Virus record (IMG/VR): IMGVR_UViG_3300025816_000006
Span: 64,001-128,000 of that record
Source: a virus
Reading direction: 5' to 3' (one strand)
Length of the DNA stretch: 64,000 nt
Numbering within the stretch: position 1 is the first letter of the stretch; each line of letters begins with the position of its first letter. Below the pieces are notes generated by a model. The model had not been told where the DNA came from and made no database searches. It worked only from the letters and a program-made list of their open reading frames with translations. This document shows, piece after piece, positions 10,634 to 21,442 of the stretch. A program made the position numbers and the translations under genes.

Positions 10634-11520
10634 GCCATTCAGGAATAACCCCACTAACATCAGAGCAGGTCAGAGTTGCTAGCGGTATGTTATTACCGTC
10701 TGGAGAAGCTAACTTTTTTGAGTTTAAGCAGCACACATCTTCTGACTGGGATTCTACCACGCCTACGGGAGATGTTTATTATTCTGCTAGTGGAAGCTGG
10801 AGTACTAGAAACCCAAACTATCTTGTAAAAAATTCAACACTTAGACATAAAGAGTTTCTGCTTACTGAAGGGCAAGATGATGGCGAGTCTGCTGATAAGT
10901 ATATTGTAGCCTCTGGCCTAAACTTCCCTTTTCCATATCCATATAATACATCTTACCCAGACAATGTGTATGGGGAAATGTTTTCTATCTCTTGGTGGGA
11001 AGCTAGCGGAATATATCAAACGTACCCAGAGGCAGCTTTTGTATTAATAGACAAAGAAAGACAAAGTGGTATTTTACATTGGGAGGGTTTTAGACAAGTA
11101 GAAAATTTATCCAACTCACCCAATGTAGCGCCCCTTATACCAGAAGTACAATTTAACAAATATATACATTACCTTCCTGAGTTTCCGTATCATAAACACG
11201 TAGATGAAACAGAATATAATATTGAATCGCCTGATTACACAGATCCTAGTGTCAATCTTCAAGGTTTAAGGAACAAACAAAAAAGAAAATATATAGAAGT
11301 AGAGTATTTATCTGACGTAAAAAAAAGAAACATAGCTACGGGTGGATTGTCCTATGTTTACGACGAAGACGGATTGTTTTCTGGAAACAAAACAAACGCT
11401 TCATATATAGAAGGTAAATGTGACTATCCAGACGGCACTTGTAGATCTAATGTTTCCCAGCAGGCTTGTGAAGCTTACCCCGGAGCTATTTGGACATCAG
11501 GAGAATCATGCGAGGATTAA
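10630..11520 (+). CDS. Hypothetical structural protein with C-terminal 4-Cys motif
   Basis: ATGA overlap; 9 Ser-Gly dipeptides in 296 aa; ends GKCDYPDGTCRSNVSQQACEAYPGAIWTSGESCED. Confidence 0.55.
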   Translation: MSHSGITPLTSEQVRVASGMLLPSGEANFFEFKQHTSSDWDSTTPTGDVYYSASGSWSTRNPNYLVKNSTLRHKEFLLTEGQDDGESADKYIVASGLNFPFPYPYNTSYPDNVYGEMFSISWWEASGIYQTYPEAAFVLIDKERQSGILHWEGFRQVENLSNSPNVAPLIPEVQFNKYIHYLPEFPYHKHVDETEYNIESPDYTDPSVNLQGLRNKQKRKYIEVEYLSDVKKRNIATGGLSYVYDEDGLFSGNKTNASYIEGKCDYPDGTCRSNVSQQACEAYPGAIWTSGESCED

Positions 11521-11523
11521 TAA

Positions 11524-14500
11524 ATGAGTGATGAACATAAACCAAACTATTCAATAATACCACCAACTGGCGCTTTTAACCAAAACCAAGCAACCGGAAA
11601 GGGGTCTGAGTGGCCTAGTAAATTTGTTTTACCTCAAGGTCCATCTGGAACTTTCTCTAAAGGCGGCTGGACGGAAGGCAATGAAGGGTTCAATCAACAA
11701 ACCTTTTTGGGCGCTAGTATAAGAAATTTTAATATAGCGGGTGGCTTTGGCGACAGCAGTAGTAACTTGTCTGTATCTTTGGTAGAAGATGAGTACAATA
11801 AATCTGATTCTACGTTTCTAGGATTAGGTGACGATGTATATCATTCTGGAAATGGTGACAATTTTGTACCACCTCCAGTTGGGACTCCTGTTTTCTTTAA
11901 GTTTGGTAAGAACTGGGCAACCGTTGAGCAGGCTTACAGAAGAACAATAGATGAAACTTACGGCATATCCTCTATAGATTTAAAAAAATGGGATTTTGAG
12001 GATGAGTTAATTCAGCCTAGTGGGGCATTCTCTACGACTCCTTTTGAGCCTTCTGGAGACTTTCCTAATGCTAGAGGTAAGTTTTATCTAAGAAAAAATG
12101 AAAAGACGCTTATTTTTCCAGATATAGAAGATCCAAGAGACGATAAAAGAACTTGGGTTGATAAAAGTTTTCTTCATACACACGACGATAAAGACAGAGG
12201 GTATGAACACTTTGTATTTGGAGGTATACTACAAAGCGTTTCTGAAACCAGAGGCGCAAATGGAAATCCAGTTCAAACAGCACAAGTAACAGACCCAAGA
12301 GAAATACTAGGAAACTGTTCTCTTATATTAAACGACTATGCTGGCACTACATTTAACAATAAAAATCTTTTTAATGTTTATGGATTTTTAGAATACGACC
12401 CAAGCGATAGTTTGCAAAGACGACTAGATCAAACCTCTGAGTTTAAGTGGATTGTTGAAAAACAAGTTAATCAGACTGGACAAGTTCAATATTTTGGTAG
12501 AGACAAAGATAAATCAGTAACAACTATTAATTTCCCTGTTAATACAGAAAATCAACTACAACTGAATCCTTCTGCTGATTACTGGGATATTTACAAGTTT
12601 TCTCAAACTGTGACATCGGTTCCAAACCAAGGTAAAATTTTTAGCAGAGAGTCTATAGACACTGAAGTTGGTGCAGACGAAGAATTATTTCCTAAATTTT
12701 TTCCTATAACCGGAGAGGGTTTTTCTAGAAGAACCGAACAGGGTATACCTTGGTATAGAGTTAGTCAAGCGCTAGCCGCGCTGTTTCAACAATATGGAAA
12801 ATTACCTGAAGAATATTTAGAAGCAGGATTTGGAGGAACTATAGATTTTAGAGGATTTAATTACATTGTAGACTTTGGTGGGATACCTCTAAACAAAATA
12901 CCAAAAGCATACATGCTAAAATATAACCAAATAGATATATTAGCTTTGGCGCAAGAGCTTTGCGATGTCATTAGTCATGATCTTTTTGTTAGTCTTCTTC
13001 CTGTTGTCGATCCTTTGACAGATCTTGAAGATGAGCAGGATGAAAAAGCCGCTATAATGAATGCAGCTTTTGCTAAGAATAACTATTGGATCAAGAAAGC
13101 GACCGGTTACGATTTTGGTAGTGATAAATACAAGCAGGCCATATCTAATATTATTCATGGTGTCATAAGAATAGATGCTATTGACAGATCCAAGCAACCT
13201 TCATATGGCTCTATACAGTCTTATATAAATCAACTTGAGAATAAAGGTATTTATGTTGAGAATAGAAATCTTGGGTTTGAGCTTTCAAATGTTACCACTG
13301 ATAAATTTGTGGCTGGCGCACAAGAAGTTGAAATGTATTACTTCTCTACTTATAAAGATAGAGATAGCTTGGAGGCTAGAAAGCAAGCCGCTGGGGTTCC
13401 TAACAATTTACAAAATATAAACGAAAAACAGTGGACCCTAGAGGCTTCTCTTAAACAACAAGTTTTACCGTTTTATGGTTTTTTAGGTAAAAATGCCTTG
13501 TCTATTCCAAGGGGTTTTGGTGCATATCAACAAATAATGCTAGACGCTTCTTCTCTAGATGCGTTTGGTGTTGGCAATTATTATGTTGCAACAGAGATGG
13601 AACTTAGACATGCCATAAAAGGTTACGATGAATGGAAAGATTTTATATGTAAATATAACGATAGTTATATTGAAGAACTAGGTCAAAATAAAGCATTTTA
13701 TAAAGAGTTAGCCAAAACTACATCTAAAGATATAGAAGGTTTAGGTGGTGATCTTAGTGAACCTCTTGGTACTTGCATAACACCTACACTTGAGGGTGAA
13801 CCCGACATAATTACTACTGGTGTTCTGAAATCTTCATGTGATGGTGCAGATGAGACTTTTATAGAAACAAGTCCAGCACAACTTTTAAACAGAGAGTTTG
13901 GAGTTTCTGTACCAAGGTGCGTGTTTAATTCAGACAAAAACTTTATGAGCGATGATAATACGCCAGCAAGCCCTTGCTCTCCTCCTTACGGCTATCCTCT
14001 TTACTACAAGAGAGCGCAAAACATTGGTATATCTAAAGCGGGCGTGGCAAAAGTGACAGATGCAGTTACTAGAGTTAGAAGTCAGATAGAAACAATTAAA
14101 AACTACGCTTCTTCTGACCCAATGAATAACGTTTATAAGGCAAACTTTGAGGCTTTAGAAGAAGAAACGAAAATGCTAGAGGAGTTAGCTAGTTACGCCG
14201 GGGAAGATGCTATAGATGGCCTAAAAGAAACAATAAACTGCATATACGAGCAACAAAGAGCTATCACAGCAACTGAAAACGAACTAATCAAAGCTAGTGG
14301 AAATATAGCAAAAGTAGACAATGTGCTTAGAACAGCAAACGCTTTATCAGTTAATCTTTCTAATCTAGCTAGAAGGGGAGAAAGAAATGCTAGAAAAATA
14401 CATGAGTTTGTAGCAAAAATAGCGCAAGAAAACTTAGGAAAGAAGTTTCTAGTAAAAATTCCAAGGTTTTGTAATGTAAATTATAGCGAAATACCTGCAC

Positions 14501-16845
14501 TAAAAAATTATTTTTCAGCCGATGCAGATGGAAATATAGCTGACGTTACAGACAACATAAGAGAAATTTATCAGGGGCCATATGGGTTCAGACCTTTACC
14601 CGTAAATGCAGATGGTCAAGATTTACTAGAGTCTCAGTCTCACATATTCAAAATGAATCAGATTAGACAGGATCAATTAATAAATAAGTCTTGGTCTTAT
14701 GAAAGATTTTTATATAAAGATAATTTTATTGGCTCAAAAGATCCCAACACTGCTGATTTAACTTATGGATACGGAGCGCTAAAAGGTAATTATAACCCAC
14801 TCTCAGAAAAATGGGCGTTTAACTATGTGCCTGAGCCACAAGGTGGATTTCTAAACTTTGCTCTATATCCAAGAAATCTATCTTTGTCTCAAGTTGAAAG
14901 CAGATCTATACCTGACTCAAAATTATCCCCTGCGGCCCAATACAATTTTGTTCCAAAAGACTTGTCGAACTTTGTGTCTGACGATGGACGTATAGAATGT
15001 TATGTTAGGTTTGATAATAGTCAATATTTAGATTTTAAAGGCATAGGCGCTGACTCTATAACTCAAGAAGTTATACAAGGCAACACACTTATTCCTGATG
15101 TTTTATCAGAATTAGACAACGTGAATACTGACCAGCCAGAATCTTTACAGGATCATGTAAAAAGAGAGTCTGGGCCAGACAAAAAACCAACTTCCGTTGC
15201 TTATGTTAAATGTAGCGTAGAGCCTCGTCTCTTTATGCCGCCAAAAAGCGAAGAAACTCCAGCTTTAGTTTTTGGAAGAGACATAAGGTACGTGCCTAAT
15301 TTTGCTCCAGCTAAAGTCATTGAAGGTACAGATGATTTAGGTTGCCCCACATATAAGTGCGTTAAGCCTTTTGCACAACCAATATTTGAGCCTAGCAGTA
15401 GATTTAAAGAAGTTGCACAAAATATTGGATACGAAAGGGTCTTGCCACCTCAACAGTTTCTATTCAATGACAAAACTTTTGAAGTAGAAACAACGTTTGG
15501 GAATCCTAATAGACAGATAAACGGTGGAGGACTAGACAGTACAATTATAAGACATGTAGAGTATGCCAGAAGATATGATAAACAAACTGACTCGTTTATA
15601 ATAGATACAGAAGAACAAAATCTAGATAGCGATCATGTATACGCTCTTATAACCTTACCCGGAGTTGTCTCTACAAATGTAAATCAAAGATTTATGGATG
15701 CAGAAATATTAAGTAAAAATACTGCTTCTATAAAAAATATTATGACTCAAGATGTTGTTAGGGGGCCAGAAGGATTTGAAAAACCTGCGCAGATTGTAAA
15801 TGAAAAGGTTCCGCTTGATTGTAGTGATTTTACTTTCGAGGATATAGAAGCTGCCCAGCAAGCGCAAAGAGAGTCTGTTGCAAGTTTAATACGTGCCGAC
15901 AGAGAATCTATTACAACATCTGCTGGGTCGCCCGTTTTTCCAAATTTAGTTGCGCTACCTCTCATGTCAACAGAAAGGTGCTACGGACCTTGGAGATCTG
16001 CTGCAAATATAGACGGAAGTAAAGATAGATATACGGACATCGGAGGTAAAGTAGAATTTGTAAAGAACGAAGACTTAGCGCCTTGGAATTACGCCGGATA
16101 TCAATTAATGAACGAGGCTGGCGTTTTAGAAGCAGAGTTTTCCAATAGCTTGCTACTATTTTCTGAAAGAGGTGGATTTGTTTTCCCTTCTACTCCTGCC
16201 GGAATATCAATAGGAAAAGCCTTGCAAGACGGAGGGCCGCTTGTTACATCTGTTTCTATAGACGTATCTCAAGCTGGCGTAAAGACTACAGTTAAAATGG
16301 ATCTTTATACATCGCGCTTTGGAAGATTGCAAAAACAAAAAGAAGACGCAATAGCACAAATAGTAAGAGAAAGACAAAAGATTATTGACACAAATAACGA
16401 AATGGTTAGAAAGGGTTTGATAAGAAGCGCTACAAGCTCTACAGCTAATTCTATAAAGTCAGCTTTTGCTGGCGCTAATAATCTTATTAATGATTTTAGT
16501 AGAATAAATGTGGACGAATCTGTTGCTAGGCCAGAGCGAGCTAATGCTTGGAGAAGAGCTATCTCCGTTCAAAAAAGAAAAGAGAGGCTGACTAACGAGG
16601 AAGGTGGAGAAGAAGAAGCTGTAACTCCGCACATTGTTTCATCTACTTTGGATCTTCTTGGAGCATATGCAGGATACGTTGACAGCATAACACTTGGTGT
16701 TCAGGAATATGCAACAGCAGAAGAAGAACAGCAGATACCTTACGACGAATCAAACAATCCACAAATGCCAAGCAAGGCTCAAGTAAATATGAACTCTATA
16801 AGCAACACAATAGCTCCTCTGTTTATGCCTAAATTTGATGATTAA
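11524..16845 (+). CDS. Large probable tail/baseplate hub-like protein (1773 aa)
   Basis: Long ORF in the structural arm with a central coiled-coil-like segment; C-terminal LVTSVSIDVSQAGVKTTVKM resembles tail-hub barrel ends (weak). Confidence 0.5.
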   Translation: MSDEHKPNYSIIPPTGAFNQNQATGKGSEWPSKFVLPQGPSGTFSKGGWTEGNEGFNQQTFLGASIRNFNIAGGFGDSSSNLSVSLVEDEYNKSDSTFLGLGDDVYHSGNGDNFVPPPVGTPVFFKFGKNWATVEQAYRRTIDETYGISSIDLKKWDFEDELIQPSGAFSTTPFEPSGDFPNARGKFYLRKNEKTLIFPDIEDPRDDKRTWVDKSFLHTHDDKDRGYEHFVFGGILQSVSETRGANGNPVQTAQVTDPREILGNCSLILNDYAGTTFNNKNLFNVYGFLEYDPSDSLQRRLDQTSEFKWIVEKQVNQTGQVQYFGRDKDKSVTTINFPVNTENQLQLNPSADYWDIYKFSQTVTSVPNQGKIFSRESIDTEVGADEELFPKFFPITGEGFSRRTEQGIPWYRVSQALAALFQQYGKLPEEYLEAGFGGTIDFRGFNYIVDFGGIPLNKIPKAYMLKYNQIDILALAQELCDVISHDLFVSLLPVVDPLTDLEDEQDEKAAIMNAAFAKNNYWIKKATGYDFGSDKYKQAISNIIHGVIRIDAIDRSKQPSYGSIQSYINQLENKGIYVENRNLGFELSNVTTDKFVAGAQEVEMYYFSTYKDRDSLEARKQAAGVPNNLQNINEKQWTLEASLKQQVLPFYGFLGKNALSIPRGFGAYQQIMLDASSLDAFGVGNYYVATEMELRHAIKGYDEWKDFICKYNDSYIEELGQNKAFYKELAKTTSKDIEGLGGDLSEPLGTCITPTLEGEPDIITTGVLKSSCDGADETFIETSPAQLLNREFGVSVPRCVFNSDKNFMSDDNTPASPCSPPYGYPLYYKRAQNIGISKAGVAKVTDAVTRVRSQIETIKNYASSDPMNNVYKANFEALEEETKMLEELASYAGEDAIDGLKETINCIYEQQRAITATENELIKASGNIAKVDNVLRTANALSVNLSNLARRGERNARKIHEFVAKIAQENLGKKFLVKIPRFCNVNYSEIPALKNYFSADADGNIADVTDNIREIYQGPYGFRPLPVNADGQDLLESQSHIFKMNQIRQDQLINKSWSYERFLYKDNFIGSKDPNTADLTYGYGALKGNYNPLSEKWAFNYVPEPQGGFLNFALYPRNLSLSQVESRSIPDSKLSPAAQYNFVPKDLSNFVSDDGRIECYVRFDNSQYLDFKGIGADSITQEVIQGNTLIPDVLSELDNVNTDQPESLQDHVKRESGPDKKPTSVAYVKCSVEPRLFMPPKSEETPALVFGRDIRYVPNFAPAKVIEGTDDLGCPTYKCVKPFAQPIFEPSSRFKEVAQNIGYERVLPPQQFLFNDKTFEVETTFGNPNRQINGGGLDSTIIRHVEYARRYDKQTDSFIIDTEEQNLDSDHVYALITLPGVVSTNVNQRFMDAEILSKNTASIKNIMTQDVVRGPEGFEKPAQIVNEKVPLDCSDFTFEDIEAAQQAQRESVASLIRADRESITTSAGSPVFPNLVALPLMSTERCYGPWRSAANIDGSKDRYTDIGGKVEFVKNEDLAPWNYAGYQLMNEAGVLEAEFSNSLLLFSERGGFVFPSTPAGISIGKALQDGGPLVTSVSIDVSQAGVKTTVKMDLYTSRFGRLQKQKEDAIAQIVRERQKIIDTNNEMVRKGLIRSATSSTANSIKSAFAGANNLINDFSRINVDESVARPERANAWRRAISVQKRKERLTNEEGGEEEAVTPHIVSSTLDLLGAYAGYVDSITLGVQEYATAEEEQQIPYDESNNPQMPSKAQVNMNSISNTIAPLFMPKFDD

Positions 16846-16868
16846 AGGAAAAGAAAAAAGGAATAAAA

Positions 16869-19800
16869 ATGACATCAAACATATATAATACACAAATTAA
16901 TAACTATCGGAATGCTGATGATGGTTATCATTATATAACAACAGATAGCCCTAGATTATTAGACTTGGGGATTGCTGCGTTTACTACGGGTACGCTGTTT
17001 GATTGGTTGCACGTTAGAAATGACGGAGGTGTAAGAAGACTTGACTACACAAGGGTTGACGAACTAGGAAATGATGAACAGCACTTCATGAAGGAATATA
17101 GGAATCAAAAATTTTGGAGACACAAGTACTCTGATATTTCCCTAAACAACTGGCCTCATGAAGCTTTATTTACTTTATCAAATCAAACCGCAGAGCAATT
17201 TTGTGATCCTGACGGTGGCACTAGAGACGAGGATTTTGTACAAGAAAAATTTTGTTTCTATCATGGTTGGAGAACAAGAGGTAGGAGCGGAGAATATGTA
17301 AAGGTTGAGAGCGAAGGTATGGGCGGCAAGGACATGAATTGGACTTATAGCGCCGCAGAGGGTGACTTTACTTGGAACAATTTAGATGCTGAGTTTTTTG
17401 ATAATTATAACATTACAGGCTGGTCTTCTGCTGCAAACCAGCCAATTAGAAAATATGTCACATCCCCATTAACTCAAGACGGCACAAGCCTGATACACAG
17501 AGTTATTGAGATGAATAACTACGTTAGGTTATTGAATCAAAACGTAGACAGAGCAAACTGGACTGATACAGACCTCGCTCTAAACTATTTTATAAATGAT
17601 ATTAAGTCTAGTAAAGAGAAATATCTACAGTGGCTTGCTCTTCCAGAGTTTTTGCTGGATATTCCTAAGAATATTTTAAAGCAAGATGGAATAGTGGATG
17701 GTTGCACAGGGTGTTCTAAGAAAGAAGATGTTTATTTTAAACTATATCTTTATGATATATACAAACCCAAGAATACTGCGCGTAAAACTACAACAAGTTC
17801 TCTAACTGTTGTTAGCACCCCGTTAACATCTTACGGATGGCCTTATAAGGATAAAGATGAAAAAGGCAGAACTCCCCCTAGTGTTAATCCAGATCCCTCA
17901 AATGCCGTAGCTGGCGAGGTAGATCTTAGTTACAACGAAACGACAGGAAAGTGGGAGGGTGGCACAACTCAGGTTTTTGCTATAATTACAGAAGATCTAG
18001 AGGCTGCTGAACAGCCGGATCTAGAATCATTTCTAGCAGACGACGAACTCACATTGCTTTCCTATGAATCGGGAATGAAGGTCGGCAAAGGTAAGGCAGT
18101 TATTCTTGCTATGCAGAATGGCAATCCTCTGCAATGGATGCCAGATTTTCATTATACTAAAAATTGTAGAGAAAAGAATGCAGTAAACAGAAAAGTTATT
18201 GTAGATGTAATAAACCCCACAAACAGAAGCTTTGCAAAGGGCGACAACGTAGTTCTTCAAAAAATACATGGGGTTTGGATTCCACAGTCTGTAGGGACTG
18301 CTTCTGACTTTATAACTCCAGCAGATCCTAAGTGGGACTTTACATACTTGATGACCAATAGTATGTTCTTTTTTAGGAATCATGATTGGTTTCTTAATTT
18401 ATCAACTTTTGATGAACTTAATATGTCTGAGGACAATAAGTCAGACAGTAAAATTACACCTAATCAATACGAACAATCTTTTTATCGTTGGTATTATAGC
18501 GTGGCAGAAACAGCACCTTTTGACGGTGCGGTTGAGCCTATAAAAACAACAGAGAATAGCGATAGATATCCTGATTCTGTAAACCGATACGCTCGCGTTT
18601 TAAACGGATATATGCAAGTCACATCTTGGGATTTTATGGGAATAGGCATTGGGGGATTAAGAAGAAAAGGTAATTTTCCAGCGGGCGCTAATTCACAGAG
18701 TGATGCGGATCTTAGCGAAACTTTTTCTCTGGCAGAGGAATACGACGGAGACGATGGTATAAACGGAAACGCCCTTTCTTGTACGCAGTTTTCCTTCAAT
18801 CAAAAAAATGATGATTTTGAGGGTGGCGGCCTTAATGGAGAAAAGAATAGTTATCCGTTTTTTGGTTGTGTTTTTCCAGATGGATATAGCGCCTCTGAAA
18901 AATATGCAGAATTGATGAATGAAGATAAAGATTTTTTCCTCGCGCCTAAAAATTATAAAAGCTTTGGTAATTATCAGTCTCAGACTCCTTTCTTTTATGC
19001 TGCAAAAGAGCCTTTTAAAAATTTAAACAATGTTAGAAATAATGCGGTTGCTACGAACAAACATCAAGAGTTTGGAATTTTTCCAGAAGGAGAAGCTGGG
19101 TCTTTAAAACATCTACCCGCAGATATCGGAACAAATGCTTCGCCTTTGGGTATCAATGGGCAACCGATTTCAAACATTGGAATTATAGGAGAATTAAATA
19201 ATCAAGTAGAAACTCCTTATTTTAGAGACGTTGTAGCGCAGTATTTTAGCAAAGATGATTTTGGATTAGAGAAATGTTTATCTTGGGTGCATAAAAAACA
19301 AGTTGGTTTAGAAGATCAAATTATTACAAACGATTCTGTTTATTACTATGAAGATAGCGCGTTTGATTTAAAGCCAGTAAACCCTCTCAAGATAGAGTTT
19401 AGACCGCTAATACAAGAAGTGTATTCTTCGTTTGAAGGGTTTGACTTTGACGGCACATTTTATAGAAGTGCTTTTGATTTTAATAGCCTAAATAGAGGAT
19501 CTTTTGCTAAAGAAGGGTATGCGTTTAATCAATCCTTTTTTAATCCTGAGTATGACGCTCTTACACCATCCCTTTCTCCTTTTTCTCTGTTTAGAAATCC
19601 TCAAATTTCTGAAACTCCTAAAATAGCTGGCAAAAGCATCTCAGCTGATAGATTTGAAAAGTTTAAGCTTTTTGCGCTGGATAGTGATATATACGGCAAT
19701 CCCGGAGTTGGGTTCAATAAAGGTGGCTTGAGATACAATGCGGGCTTGTCTAAATATGAGTGGGGATTTTTAACATCTGATGATATGAATAATGCTCCAC

Positions 19801-21386
19801 GATTTTGGTGGAATGAAGACTGGATGGACACACAAGTTCCCGGAGGTGGCGTTGGTGTTATAGGCGCAGTAGTTACTATCGCAACAAGGGATCAAGTTCA
19901 ATTCAATACAGAAAATGCGATTGGTCTTGATGACGCCGTGGATTCTACACAGCTTGCCTACCCACCTTCGTTTAGGGGTGGTGATTTTTCAACTATGAAT
20001 ACAACACAGTTGTACGCTAGGGTTTACCAAAACTGGCCTAGAGACCAAATGATCTATGATCCTAGATTCTTTGTTGTTCATCATTTTAATCCAGATTCTA
20101 ATATAGCAAAAAAACCCATAGTCCAAGAAGAAAACCTTAATGCTGCTAGAATTTATGGTAACGGTAAAGTTGATGCTAGCGAGTCTGATGTTGATTTTAC
20201 TGTTCCTACATACTGGGATAACACTCAGATTCCTGCGGATGGAAAGAGGGTTTATGCTGATTCAATTCAAGAATCTCTTGATACTGTTGCAGGCTCGCTT
20301 CCCGGTCCAAAAGTAGGCGTTACAAAACTTAGAAATAAAATACACTGGAGGGTAAACACTCAAAGAAGAGGTAAATTACTTCCTTATTCTTATAAATTTG
20401 CTACGATTGGAATGCCTGAGATAAAATACGTACCCGCTGGCGGTAATGCCGGTGGAGTCATAAGCAATACTTCCGATCAAGTGCTAGACATAAGCACAGA
20501 TTTTGGTTTTTTAAATGGTGACTATGTGGGAGTTATATCAAGTAGAATTGTTGATGCTGATCAAGATATATTAATTGTAAACAGAGGTCAAGGATATACA
20601 AGTAATAGCAAGTTTGTGGTAGAGGGAGGATCTGGTGGTGGTGTTTTATTAAAAGCTATTGTAGATGGTAACGGTGGGGTTATTGGCTTTGAAACCGAAT
20701 CTACTGGATTTGGCTTTGCTCCTGAAGATTTTCCAAGAACCACAGCGAGTGTTTCTTACACCACCGAAACTAATGGTTTTGGAACTCCTTTTCCAGATTT
20801 TTCAATGTTTAAAATTAAAATTGTGGCGCACCCAGATTCTGAATCTGGAGAGGGATTTGTAGGATACATGTGTCGAGGCTCTATGGTTACTACGGTGCTA
20901 GAGGACGCAAAACCAATGGAGGCGCTTAATACTACTGGTCCAATTAAATTAACACCTGATCCACCCCTACAGAGAGAAGGTGACACAACTCAACATCTTC
21001 AAGAAACAGACGCTGTAAACAAATCTTTATCAATAAATCCAACAGCTTCTACTTCTACTCTATCAGAAGGTATGCAATCAAAAAGAAATCATTACGACGT
21101 ATTTTTACATTTTCATAATGATATTTCACATACTAGAATGCATTCAAATTTCCGACCGGCAGAGCTTGAGCAAATGGTTAGACTAGAAATATTGACCAAT
21201 GGCTCAGATGGAGGCTCTTTGGCCTCGAATGCCCAAGGTCAAAATCAAAATTCTTCTTCTTCTAATGGCAACAATGCTGCTAATGGTTTTGCAGCAGGAG
21301 GAGGGTTTGGTAACTTCAATTTTAATGGAGGGGGCTTCTTTGGTGGCTTAAACGGCAATCTTGGTGGCGGCACTATGTTTAGATAA
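16869..21386 (+). CDS. Large probable virion protein (1505 aa) with baseplate-type Gly repeat and G/N/F-rich tail
   Basis: Purine-rich leader; IVNRGQGY..VEGGSGGG..AIVDGNGGVIGF..TGFGF resembles repeats in T4-like phage structural proteins. Confidence 0.5.
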   Translation: MTSNIYNTQINNYRNADDGYHYITTDSPRLLDLGIAAFTTGTLFDWLHVRNDGGVRRLDYTRVDELGNDEQHFMKEYRNQKFWRHKYSDISLNNWPHEALFTLSNQTAEQFCDPDGGTRDEDFVQEKFCFYHGWRTRGRSGEYVKVESEGMGGKDMNWTYSAAEGDFTWNNLDAEFFDNYNITGWSSAANQPIRKYVTSPLTQDGTSLIHRVIEMNNYVRLLNQNVDRANWTDTDLALNYFINDIKSSKEKYLQWLALPEFLLDIPKNILKQDGIVDGCTGCSKKEDVYFKLYLYDIYKPKNTARKTTTSSLTVVSTPLTSYGWPYKDKDEKGRTPPSVNPDPSNAVAGEVDLSYNETTGKWEGGTTQVFAIITEDLEAAEQPDLESFLADDELTLLSYESGMKVGKGKAVILAMQNGNPLQWMPDFHYTKNCREKNAVNRKVIVDVINPTNRSFAKGDNVVLQKIHGVWIPQSVGTASDFITPADPKWDFTYLMTNSMFFFRNHDWFLNLSTFDELNMSEDNKSDSKITPNQYEQSFYRWYYSVAETAPFDGAVEPIKTTENSDRYPDSVNRYARVLNGYMQVTSWDFMGIGIGGLRRKGNFPAGANSQSDADLSETFSLAEEYDGDDGINGNALSCTQFSFNQKNDDFEGGGLNGEKNSYPFFGCVFPDGYSASEKYAELMNEDKDFFLAPKNYKSFGNYQSQTPFFYAAKEPFKNLNNVRNNAVATNKHQEFGIFPEGEAGSLKHLPADIGTNASPLGINGQPISNIGIIGELNNQVETPYFRDVVAQYFSKDDFGLEKCLSWVHKKQVGLEDQIITNDSVYYYEDSAFDLKPVNPLKIEFRPLIQEVYSSFEGFDFDGTFYRSAFDFNSLNRGSFAKEGYAFNQSFFNPEYDALTPSLSPFSLFRNPQISETPKIAGKSISADRFEKFKLFALDSDIYGNPGVGFNKGGLRYNAGLSKYEWGFLTSDDMNNAPRFWWNEDWMDTQVPGGGVGVIGAVVTIATRDQVQFNTENAIGLDDAVDSTQLAYPPSFRGGDFSTMNTTQLYARVYQNWPRDQMIYDPRFFVVHHFNPDSNIAKKPIVQEENLNAARIYGNGKVDASESDVDFTVPTYWDNTQIPADGKRVYADSIQESLDTVAGSLPGPKVGVTKLRNKIHWRVNTQRRGKLLPYSYKFATIGMPEIKYVPAGGNAGGVISNTSDQVLDISTDFGFLNGDYVGVISSRIVDADQDILIVNRGQGYTSNSKFVVEGGSGGGVLLKAIVDGNGGVIGFETESTGFGFAPEDFPRTTASVSYTTETNGFGTPFPDFSMFKIKIVAHPDSESGEGFVGYMCRGSMVTTVLEDAKPMEALNTTGPIKLTPDPPLQREGDTTQHLQETDAVNKSLSINPTASTSTLSEGMQSKRNHYDVFLHFHNDISHTRMHSNFRPAELEQMVRLEILTNGSDGGSLASNAQGQNQNSSSSNGNNAANGFAAGGGFGNFNFNGGGFFGGLNGNLGGGTMFR

Positions 21387-21399
21387 AATAAACTTTTTC

Positions 21400-21409
21400 G
21401 TGTATAATA
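21400..21409 (+). promoter_or_regulatory. Candidate phage (late?) promoter motif GTGTATAATA
   Basis: Intergenic, 34 bp upstream of 21443, with no recognisable -35. The same 10-mer occurs at 8658 (+) and 52722 (-). Confidence 0.5.
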
Positions 21410-21442
21410 TAACAGAATATTTTCTTTACAGGAGATTAAATA

